Of a stretch of 64,000 nucleotides of DNA, positions 39,976-51,208 are shown in pieces. The DNA is taken from positions 17,692,101-17,756,100 of the forward strand of contig NC_092677.1 in NCBI RefSeq assembly GCF_964355755.1, given 5' to 3'. Source of the DNA: Antedon mediterranea (Eukaryota; Animalia; Echinodermata). Positions within the stretch are counted from its first letter, which is position 1; the number at the start of each line of letters is the position of its first letter. Both the position numbers and the translations under genes were made by a program. Below the pieces are notes generated by a model that was given only the letters and a program-made list of their open reading frames with translations, had not been told where the DNA came from and ran no database searches.

Positions 39976-40418
39976 TAGCCTGCCTACTGTACCTAGCCCT
40001 ATTTAGGATCAACTCACTGGCCTAAATTACTAGTAGTAGTAGGCTAGCTAGTAGGCCTAGCCTATTATAGTCTAGGCCCTACTATTATCTATCTAGCTAG
40101 GCCTAGCCTAGGCCCTAGATTTTTATTTAATTTTATTTATTTTTTATCGCATTTTTTTATAATCTTATTCTTACTTACCAAACAAAATGACATATAGGGC
40201 CTAAACCTGTTTATGATTTATTTAAAACAGGGACTAACCGTTTTGTTCTAGCTAGGCTTATACTAGGTAAAACTAATCCTAGGCTAGGCCGAGTTCAATT
40301 TCTAAGGGCGAGGCTTTATGTTGGGACGGGCAGTACCTCTCCGATTTGGGGTATAAAGTAACATATTGAACCAGGAAGTGCAACTTTCATTGGGCTTAAA
40401 AGTAAACGAATATCTCAC

Positions 40419-40548
40419 CTTTTTTCTTTGGATCAGGGTAGTTGAGATATTCTTTAAAATGTAATACAACATCTGAATTTCTTGCTTTCCCACCATTCCC
40501 GGCTAAAAAATCTCTAATACTGTCAGAATTCAGATTATTATCCGCCAT
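40419..40548 (-). CDS. SOWAH: SOWAH-like (ankyrin repeat domain-containing Sosondowah family) first coding exon, N-terminal winged-helix-like domain MADNNLNSDSIRDFLAGNGGKARNSDVVLHFKEYLNYPDPKKK
   Basis: Good Kozak context ACGATGG and donor AAG|GTGAGA (phase 1). The peptide matches the SOWAH N-terminal pattern 'xxFLxxxGGKVxNxxLxxHFKxxL'. Confidence 0.88.
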
Positions 40549-40760
40549 CGTCTTGTAAACAAACCAGAAAAAACATGGAGGTAAAATGTCTAGACGTTCA
40601 AAATAACTATTGTTTGTTGAGGGCGCTATTTTTCTTAATTTCAAGTTTACACAGTACAGGCAGTACACACGATCGGTGGCACTGTATGTAAAGTTTCAGT
40701 TATATTTTTCATCGCCCGAATGATCCCATCATGGCTATCTAAGACAACGGGTTGATGATG
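40549..40760 (-). promoter_or_regulatory. Putative 5' UTR/promoter region of the SOWAH-like gene
   Basis: Lies immediately upstream of the ATG and has locally raised CpG; the TSS cannot be determined. Confidence 0.35.
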
Positions 40761-42022
40761 ATAGTGACACTTCAGCATGAAAGCCCATCAACAGCACTGA
40801 AAAACAACTCAAAACCATCAATACTGTATTCCATTAGGCGCGCTAAAATTCAAGAAAAATAGGAAAATAGAAAAAGCCCAAAAACGTTTTAATACTGATC
40901 GAATTCTAGTCGGGATTCTAGTTGCATTGATTGATAATGTGCAGACCACATCAATAGAATTCGGTCTAATAAATGGGTAATAGGTGAGATTATTGTATCT
41001 TCTGCGGTGGTGTGTCAATGGTCAATGTGGTCAACAACGTGTGAAAGTAAATGTCCGGTACTGCTACAGTCCTGTAGAGAACAGTTATTGATGAGTGGAT
41101 TCTGTCTTTTTGTTAAGAAGCCTAGCGCTGTATTTAATTTCCTTATTCGGCTCTTTTGATGTCATCACCTAAATGTGTGGGAAAATCTAAAATCATGGGT
41201 GTATGCTATTCATCAAGAAACTTTGTCTAATAACCACCTCACCGCATTAAAGTTAAGTCCATCCGAAATTAACCAAGAATTAATGAGTTAAAACAATGGG
41301 AGATCGGCTTACGTCATGTTTCAATAAAGACTTTCATTTTTGACTGATCAGCGGCACATTTGAAAAGCCGAAAAAACAATAAAATAACTCGATCAATTAT
41401 TCCACTACTTTAACATTTGGCATTCAATATTTGAATTTATATAAACAGATCGTTGTTGTTTTAACCTTATTATAAGACCCTAAACAAATGTTAAATGCTT
41501 TATATTGTCGCATCTCATTGACAAGAATCGACTTTCCAGATTTCTGGTTTTTTGATGAATTGGAACCGGATGGGAAGACAAGCATTGACATCGTTTGAAG
41601 TCCTTCATAAACCGTCTTCCTGACGATAAAAATCAATTAAAATTAAACTCAACAACCAATGAACTTGGTATTAACAACCGAAAATCGACTGCCATTATAC
41701 GAAACTTTAATTAATTTTATGTTGTCTTGTTTGAGATCGGCGGTCCTTGCGGTAAGTGATGAAACAGAGATTCTCTGTTCGGTACATATCGTTACAGACT
41801 TTGTTCAATTAAAAACCAGATTTTTATTTTAGGATCTGTGAGCGATTAGTTTCAACACATTTTGTATACTTTGACAGATAGTAGTTTAATCCTAAATCCT
41901 AACATTCGTTCGTAACTGCGGCTGAACACTGAACTTCTAGTTCCATATATCTCTCAAATGTTCCTATATAAACTAATCATAAGTAATAAGTGAAACAAAT
42001 TATTATTTTTATTAGCTAAACG

Positions 42023-42246
42023 TTACTTTACGTGGATACAAGTGTCAACTCTAACGTAGCCTCTCTCCCCTACCGATATTCATTTAGGAGACAAATTACT
42101 TTACGTGGATACTTGTAAGTGTCAACTCTAACGTAGCCTCTCTCCCCTACCGATATTCATTTAGGAAACAAATTACTTTACGTGGATACAAGTGTCAACT
42201 CTAACGTAGCCTCTCTCCCCTACCAATATTCATTTAGGAGACAAAT
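42023..42246. repeat. Three tandem copies of a ~73-bp unit
   Basis: TTACTTTACGTGGATACAAGTGTCAACTCTAACGTAGCCTCTCTCCCCTACCGATATTCATTTAGGAGACAAA starts at 42023, 42096 and 42173. Confidence 0.95.
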
Positions 42247-43544
42247 TCTGAACATTCAGAAAAAACATACAATTGAAAGTTAAAAACGTTAAAATGCCTA
42301 TATACATAAACGATCCATTTATCTGGAAATATTATAATATAATCAAATTTGAAGGATTTGAATATTATTAATTATGTTATTAATTAATTATATAAATTAA
42401 GCTACTAATTTAGTTATCAGCCATGGTTAATGCACCACCAACTCATTGAAGCAAGTGGGTGTTAGGTAAAAGCTCCTTCCTCATTCATATCTATCAAAAA
42501 GTGTGAATTTGAAATAATTATGTCGTCATATATAAAGACGGGTGAATAACTCAAATAGGATGTTGGTTTCAAATTGAATCACTTTAGTGTCCTCACATTT
42601 ATCAAGTTTTCGTGCGTCGCTTTTAGGTCTTGCATCCGAACTCGTCACAATCGTTTATTTCGATGTTAATTAAAACTAAAAGGATAAATACCACAATAAA
42701 CTAGATCATTACTTTTACATTAATATGAACGATCGAAAATGTGTTATTTTGGATCTTCGGTAATAAACAAACATTAACTTTGCTGTAAGTCTATAGAAAA
42801 TGAACCCATTGGATATCGTGTGTTTAACGCTTTTCCGTTATAATATTTTAATGAAAATCGACGTTTGTATTATTCAATTTACTGGAGAGCTTGTGATACG
42901 AGACATTGACTCATGTTATACATAAAAAATAAAATAAGCATTAGTAAGACACGGAGTAGCTTAGTAGGTGTGTCTATCGTAGCCTATTTTCGTTATGGGT
43001 TGGTAGCCCAATTACAGTAGTTCAGCCCATTTAAAGTTCAAAATGACGTGTCCGATTAGGTACATCTTAATCATAGGCCTAGGTTAAACTTATTTTCATA
43101 TTAAATAGTAAAAAATGAAAATTTAAATTTCATACAAATATAAAACTATGAACGGAAACAAGTATAATAACATGGTACACATTTTTTTTACAGATAAAAC
43201 TCGTATGAACAAATAAATAGTTGCCAGAGGGTTGTGTCCCATGTTTTGATGCTAAATAATACGAAAATGGAGACCCTAACACAACGAAAAACAATCTTGC
43301 GTACGAAAATGGAGACTCTACTGTATACGAAAAGAGAAACCATACCGTACAATACGAAAGAGAAATATTAAAAATCAGACTATAATGTGTGGGTCTAGCA
43401 TGTGTGATGTGTGTTTTGTTGTTTGTATTGTCAAATCCAGAATAAATTAAATTGAATAATAATTAATATCATAGGAAAAGGGAGACCCAAATTGATTTAT
43501 ACAAAATAGGTTGTCATTATCTACCCAAAACCTTGAAACACCAA

Positions 43545-43812
43545 AAATGTAGATGCTGCAATGTTTTCTGTAATGTTTTCTATTGCAGCTATCACTACAA
43601 AAGTTTAAAATAATATGAGTAGGCTCAAATTTTCAAATCTTAAAAACCTCAATTTACTAAAAAAAACCCAAATTATGTAGACGCTGCAATATTTTCTATG
43701 TTTTCTATTGCAGCTATCACTACAAAATAAAGTTTAAAATAATATGAGTAGGCATATAGTTATAGTTATCAAATTTTCAAATCTTAAATTTTCAAATCTT
43801 AAAAACCTCAAT
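43545..43812. repeat. Local tandem duplication (~130 bp x2)
   Basis: TGTAGAYGCTGCAAT...TTTTCTATTGCAGCTATCACTACAAAA...AAATTTTCAAATCTTAAAAACCTCAAT occurs twice. Confidence 0.85.
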
Positions 43813-46644
43813 AAAAAACGTATTGTCTAGGCCCTCACAGTCATAAATACATTTTGCAATAAATTAGTTTGATTTGTAGTTATAGGAAACAAATGTTACA
43901 AGAAACACCATCCCAACAGACAGGGTCTGATAGATTTACAGCCTGCCAGGTAGGGCTAGCCATACTAGCCAATCACCTCAGTTTTGACAGTAGAGGACAG
44001 GCCATTAGGCCTACCTGCTTCCACCCTGTCTCAATAGTAACCCCCTTAGGCCATTTCCTCCCATAAACTGTAATTAACAAATAAATGTTGTTGCAAAGTT
44101 AATGAAGATCTAAGGGCAACTGGCAAATTTCTTTCTTCACCTCTACTATTGACTGGATAACATTTTAAACAGATGGGCCAATAAAAAAGCCCAGTTTAGC
44201 AGTACATCATCACCTTTAGAATACCTGTCTTGTAAGAGCAATAAAACGTTAGTTTTCACCTCATTTTGGTTAGCAATAAACTTGATTACATTTTAAGCAC
44301 ATGGATAAAAGAGCAGTTTGGTAGTCTATCATCACCAATTGATCCTGTGGCACCAGCAGTATACATTTTTTAGCACACAAAGTTTTATAACTTTTTGATA
44401 TTAAAATAAAAAATAAAAATCACTTTTTAATGTAGGCCTACCCGACTAATCGTCTCTCCACATTTAAGACATCCAACAACATCTGACACGACAACTTATG
44501 TTATATCTATAACTTAAGAACTATAATTATGCCAATTATGAAGATTCATTTCAACTGCTTCACCTACCACCATGATTACGTTTCTCCACGTTTTCTTACT
44601 TTTCTCCTTACTATTTTAAAAATTATAAATAAAAATTTTAAAAAGTCCTTAAAAGAATATTAAATTAAAATGCAGAAAACATCCTTAGCACTGATGGTCA
44701 GGGAATGCATCCTCACTAACACCTTATAATATGATCATACCTTCTTGAATAATAAAATGATTTTGGATATTTTTATTAAAAGATACAGGGATCAAAGAGT
44801 TTTAATGATGAAGGGATGGACTTTAAATGACATATCTAACCATATAGTCATCATTTTGCAATGTATCTGAAATACATTATGTACTTCTGAAACTTCTAAA
44901 GAAAAAAAAGATTTAAATGGAATGCGTAAGGTTTATACCAAATCCATAAAGGTTGACAGGTATGTGCCCTCATACAATTTAAATCATTTAGATGCAGATT
45001 CTTTTACAAATACTCTAATGTGAAATAACTATAGCAATAAATGTATCCAATTTGTTTTGGTCCATATTGTATAGGTTCATAGTAACATCTAATAAAATTA
45101 ACTAGCTGGCAGTTTCACCTCATTTTGGTTTGTAATAACTTTGTCAACAGATGTGCACACTGTTCCTAGGATAACACACATCATCACCATTGTAATTATG
45201 CCACTGGCTCTTATTGTTTCATGTTCTAACAATAAAAAACCTAATTCTCACTTCATTTGGTTAATGTGGTCTACATACCAAACAATACAGTATCACACCT
45301 AAGGAACAGTTTCCATGATATAGCCAACTGTTGATTGAATTAATTGCTGTATAAAATTGAGAGACTTGCTTAACCACTCTGTCAACTGGATTATTTTACA
45401 CCTTCCCTATTTATAAAGAAACAAAGGCAAGCTGTTAGTTTAAACTTAACATATATTATTTAAACAAAAATACTAGTTTGTTTTAAAATAAATTTGTCAC
45501 CAGGCCTAGATGTTCTTTTGTTTTTGGATTTCAGTTGATTTTAGTTCCATGTCGACATAAAGGCACCTTAAGATTTGCACGTGTGGAATTAGTATTATTA
45601 GGATTATTTAAAGGATTGTTTTGTATCCTTTTAACAATTCTGGATCTGCCTGTAATCGGCAACATTTGTCATGCTCGAATGATCAACATAGTACGGCAAT
45701 GACACCGTAGCGTGGTGGTTAATGCTTACTGTACTGTGCAAATCACAGAATCCTAGTTCAAATTCAATCATGACAGTACAGTACAACTACTTCAAAATGT
45801 AAACACTACTGAAACTGTGTAAAGGTTAGACACAGATCTAATAAACTTTCTCATTAAATTATTTAATTATAGTTAAAATTAGTATACCAAGTTGCTTGAA
45901 CTTTACTCCTATATGTTTCTTGATCCTGACTAATGTCTATGTTATCACAAACCCATGCAGGTGCAAATATAAAACGTATTTGGCAATTTTTGCCGAGTTC
46001 AGACTGATTACGGTATGTGACTTGTCCAATTTTTCATGACTTCCAATTCTATCATCGAATGTTTCAAATACAAACCAGGTGTGCACTTAACATTAGAGAC
46101 GAAAACATAGACTTAGGTCGAAGGTGGTTGATCATTGGCTATGTTGTAAATTGGATTTTTTGTTTAAGTCTGTCGGTCAATCGTTGAATTTTACTTTCCA
46201 ATTACAATTCAGGTGTACATAAGGCGGAGGTCAAATGTGAATGTTCGATCTTAGCCGTTGTGTGTGGGTCAAAGCATCATTGTTAAACATCAATAGGATA
46301 TCATTTTATTGAAGTGGCAGCTATCATGCTATCTATAGCCGCAGTAGAGAATATCGGATGAGGTGTTCGAATCCCATTTACAAACTATACATACTAAGAT
46401 TTACCAGCATAATGTTGACAAGTTGAGTTTATCATGTTCTAAATAAACTATATTAGAAGAGTTACGACACCAAATAAATTAGAAGACGAAAATTGTCAAC
46501 ATTACCAAAAATGCAATGGGTTCTGGCGATCAATTCAAACGTATCTGCAGTGTAGTTGACTCAAGGTCAGCGTCTGTCAATCAAATAACCGTTATTTTGT
46601 GTTGCAGCTAGAAGTTGTACATCGCCAGTTAAATGATATTCTAA

Positions 46645-49091
46645 GGGCCTGTTTCTGCTGCAACTGCTCAAAATATAAAAATATGGTATAAAATAAGGGT
46701 ATTTTTTTAACTGTATTTTTTAATACCCCGTTTCTGCTAAAAATACTTCTTGGGTTACAATTCATTCTTTTTACCCAAACTTGTATTTTCCGCTTTCTTG
46801 ATAAACATGGTAAAACTAAAGAAGAACATAGTAGTTTTGATTTCACTTATTTGGTCGATAATTAAAAGTCATAATGAAGGAAGTTTTACACCTCACTTTC
46901 AACAGCCTAGCCCTAGTGATAGAGATGTAGTGAGATCACAAATACACAGGATTCCCTAGAGTTATTGTCAGTGCTTTCACAGGCTCAGTTTTCAGTCTAT
47001 TCCGTACTTCTGCTATACTTTTTTTAGGAAGGTCTTATTGCCTTTTAGTTGTATGGACATTTTAGCTTCCCCCCATAGATTTATAGTAAATACTGTAACA
47101 TCTTCGCTCCACATTTCACCGAATATATCTATCGTGTGTAAAACAGCGATAGGGGAGAGATTAGTAAACTCAACAAGACATTCCTAATTTGAAGAATTCA
47201 CTGAGTTTACTTTTAAATTTTTTCTGAACATATATCAGCACATTTTCTAATGAATATGCTTCCTATCAAAAATATTACCATTCCCTTATGAGTTACTATT
47301 GCATTTGCAGATCAGAGTGTTGCTTATTAAAGAGGCACTCAAAAAATTCTTTCATTTTTAAAAGTTGCAAAATATGAACTTTAAAAGGCTATAAAATGTA
47401 ATTTTATTTAGCAATCCTGTCAACAAAGCTTAAAATGACAACATCCATGTAGGAGCACATGTATTCACCATGATTCTTTTTTAATTGAAATGGCAAAAGT
47501 AAAACTATAGATAATGAATAATTAATTAAAATTGAAATATGTTAAAAAAGTGAGTGTTATTCCAAACCCCTAAAAATAAATAAATACATTACCAAGCTTT
47601 TGAGATACTAGGCCCATACTGTAGATAAGTGGCCTATCCATCTGTTGAAAATAAAAATTGAGACTTGTTATATTATTCAAATAAATGCCTATCTATGCAA
47701 AGGTACAGTAGGTATATCCATTTATTAGCAGCTTACCTCTTCTTAGATAAAAATGTTCTTGATTGACACAAAATGTCTTGTATTTGAAGGATAACCTACA
47801 ATAAAAAAAAAAAAGAAAAGTGGGTCACCTGTAAATTAATGCATTTATTTAAATTAGGAAAACTCCGAAGGGTTAGGGTATATAAAGGGTTATATATTAG
47901 GGTTAATATAAAACAAGAAAAGTTGGACCTGATAAAGTAAGGAAACATATTCTTCATTAAGCCAAAATGTTTTCAAAAATTTAAACTCACAAACTTAAAC
48001 TCACATTTGAAGGGACAATCTACAATATAAATAAAGTGGGACATCTGTTCAATTATGGACATTAATGCACATATATGCAAATTAGGCGTATCCACTTGCA
48101 TGATACAGTATGAAAAAAAAGTATTATCACTTTTAAGAAAATGATTTCAAACTTTTACCATTGCTCAGGTTTTTATCAAGTATTTCCTTCCCTTTGATGA
48201 CACAAAACTCAGATATGCTATTCATCAAGAAAAAAAATCTAACCAAATGTGTCACTTTGACACTTGGCTACAATTTCCATGTTTTTGTGACAATTGATAA
48301 AAGTGTGAACATTTAATTCTATTTAATTTTTGGGGGGTTTTGTCATGATGGTTCAATTAGGACATTAAGTAGTTGAAAAATGTCAGCTTTGAATCACCAA
48401 ATTATATGCTTTACACATTTTATTTAAGAACTAGTATATTGCTCAGACTGAGTTGTTAATTCATTCAAATATTAAAATATTTTTATTCATACATCGTTTC
48501 GTTTCATAATATTTATTCAACCAAAAAAAACCATATTATTTAACATAAATATTAAACATTTTAACATAACATTTCTACTTATTTTTTTGGCTGGGATCTG
48601 GTATAGAAGTACAATTTTGGTATTGGAAAACTTTTCAAAAATGAAAAAATTGTTTCTGTAAGCTTTTACACATGGATGGATAATCTATAGTCAACAAAAG
48701 TAAGGAACATCACAACATTTGCAAATAATTTGTTGGGAAAACAAAGATTTCCAAAAAAATAAAAGGAACAAATAGGACAGCCAAATTTAGAAAGATAATT
48801 TAGCAAAAATTAAAGGAGAGTATGGCTTGTGCGAACTTGTCTTTGAAACAAGTCAATAACAATTATAACAAACAGAGACTGCAGTGAAAGCAGAGGCTAC
48901 AACTACAACATTGCTAAATTCAAATTCGGGCAAGGAAGGAATAACTTGTCCAAATTTTGGGGTATCGAAAGGCAGGTTGGGTAAAAAAGATGAATTTTAA
49001 CACGACCACCCAAGATAGTACTTATAGCAGAAACGGGGTACTAAAAAATATGGTATAAAATATACTGTATTTATGCAGCAGAAACAGGCCC
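46645..49091. mobile_element. ~2.45-kb PIF/Harbinger deletion derivative
   Basis: TIRs GGGCCTGTTTCTGCTGCA / TGCAGCAGAAACAGGCCC, TAA TSD on both sides, subterminal IR TACCCCGTTTCTGCTA / TAGCAGAAACGGGGTA, and an internal Myb/SANT remnant. Confidence 0.85.
47013..47114 (-). pseudogene. Remnant of the Harbinger Myb/SANT-like (trihelix) DNA-binding protein gene
   Basis: MWSEDVTVFTINLWGEAKMSIQLKGNKTFLKKV* matches the 'W(S/T)xxETxxLIxLWGExxIxxQL' pattern and lies inside Harbinger TIRs. Confidence 0.6.
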
Positions 49092-50760
49092 TAAGAGACA
49101 AATATAGAACAATACAAATGTGATTTAGAGTTAAAGAAAAACAAAACCATTTTTTTTTTATAGAAGATAAGAATGGAGATCTTTGAAGTTGAAGTTCCTA
49201 GCAAAGACATAACACGATAAATGTAATAATTAAATAGAACATAGTAAGGCCATTCATGTGCACTTTTCAGAATGTCTTAATATCTATGTTTGTTGCATAT
49301 GTTAAACATTAGGCCCTACAACAGAACCATACTTTTACATTGGAAGTGTGGTAACTACCAAACTGGGTTAATTGGTCTTAGACACGCTTATGTCCCCATC
49401 AGTGTCATCAGTTAAAGTCTTATCTTAGATCTAGTCTGAGGGTTTTATTACAGTTTCCCTCACAGTTCAACAAGTTTCGAGTGGGGGTAGATTGAATGAA
49501 GTGAGAAATGGTTTAAGAGGCCAAATTTCCTACAGTAAGAGAATCTTTGGCTCCTCAGAAGATACTACCATCACATAACCAAATCAGACATGACATTAAT
49601 AATGGCCCTTTCTATGATGTCACATTTCAACGCCTTAGTAATATTGTTAGTAATATTGAGCATGTGGAATTCTTCGCTTGTGCCACGAAGCCAAGTCACA
49701 TTGACTTCAAACAACAGCGGTACGAAGTAGGTAAGTTTTGTTATCTAAACTTAGCAAAAGTGATGTGTTTTTTGCAAACAATCTCTGACAAGTTGATTTA
49801 AATTCAGGAAATACTTATGGAAGTGATCACGACCACTATCAACGCAGAACTGGGCCCGGAGGTCATGACCCACGATTATAATCAGAATTTGACTGTTTAG
49901 CTGTCAAATTCATCTAACAATCTGCTAGGCCTCTTCAAGCAATAGCAAGTTTGTGCATCCCAAGGGCATGATGGATGGTGCCACTTGTCCTGCTACAACA
50001 ACAGCTAAGCACAGGTTTTGATGTTTGAAAAATTTGACAATTGTAACTCCTCAATGGTACACTGATTTGATCTTAATAAAAGTCAAGTGCCCAGGGTAGC
50101 AATGCGGATGTAAATAAATGTCAACTTTGACATCTACATAAATCTCTATGACCCAGGGCTTTATAATGGCATTGTTTTCAATTGTATTTAAATTTCATAA
50201 ACAAAAAGCTAATAAAATAAAAGAAATTTCACTGTAAATTCACTGCTAATTCTGCCAATAATACTTCTACAGTTGAACCTTTGTGAGCGACCATCTCCCG
50301 TAAAATTTGTATTGACTTTTGACAAAAACACAATATTGTTGTGCTTTATTATTTGCTTCATTTCGAAGCTTGTGTGCAAAATCTTTTTGATTTATTAGGC
50401 GTTTGATTGAATTATTAAATTATTTTTAATCATTCTGGCATATACTGTATACCATTAGTTACTTGAAGAAAATAAATAGATAAATAAATAGGCTTATACC
50501 TTTAACAAATTCAATGATAGTTAATGGCGATTAAATGATATACTGTACTGCATATATAAAATGATAATTCTAAAATTTAAAAAATAGTTTGAAAAGTTAA
50601 CAAATTAAATTCCAAAATCTCCGTCCCTATATCTGTTTGTTTAAAAAATATTTATTTTCTAGTTAAAAAATAATAAAATCAATTCATCAATTACACTCAA
50701 AATACATGTATCTTATTACAATTTCCCAATACTGCCCTCAATCAAAACCAAAGTGATAAT

Positions 50761-51208
50761 AAAGGTAAAGGTATTCATATTTGTCCTCAAGCTTAACTGG
50801 AAACTGAGGAAATCGGATTAGGCCCTCCACGGACCCACGGCAGCCAGCAGTGCAGCGCCTACCAGATCAGCACACCGGGAGACGATTCCCTACTCTTTTC
50901 GAATAGTGTACCAAGTTCTTTAACGTGCACTGTTAAGTACACGGGACCAACGGCTTTACATCCCATCCGAAGGACGAGGCAATGAGAGTAAAGCACCTTG
51001 CCTAAGGATGCAATTAGTATGGTACAGATAACTTCGAACCCATGCCTATCACATGCTAGTCCGACATTACCATTACACCATCACTCTCCAGTATATACAG
51101 CACCCGCCGCGATTTCTAGACGGTCTCCCATCCAGAACGCAACCAGGCCCAACGTTGCTTAACTTCGGTGATTTGACGAGAACCGGTGTTTCGACGCAGT
51201 ATGGCCGT
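50761..51208 (-). mobile_element. Near full-length chimeric SINE: 5S rRNA-derived head + tRNA-derived segment + Deu/Nin domain + (ACCTTT)n tail
   Basis: The reverse complement of 51096-51208 (ACGGCCATAC...GAAGTTAAGC...GGGCCTGGTT...GGATGGGAGACCG...GGGTGCTGTA) is 5S-like. A-box TGGTGTAATGG and B-box GGTTCGAAG follow, then core CCTTCGGATGGGATGTAAAGCCGTTGGTCCCGTGT...GCACGTTAAAGAAC...TCGAAAAGAGTAGGG, and tail ACCTTTACCTTT. Confidence 0.88.

Noticed and set aside
51096-51208. Functional 5S rRNA gene
   Set aside because: Diverged, lacks an oligo-T terminator, and is fused to a tRNA-like/Deu body; it is a SINE head.
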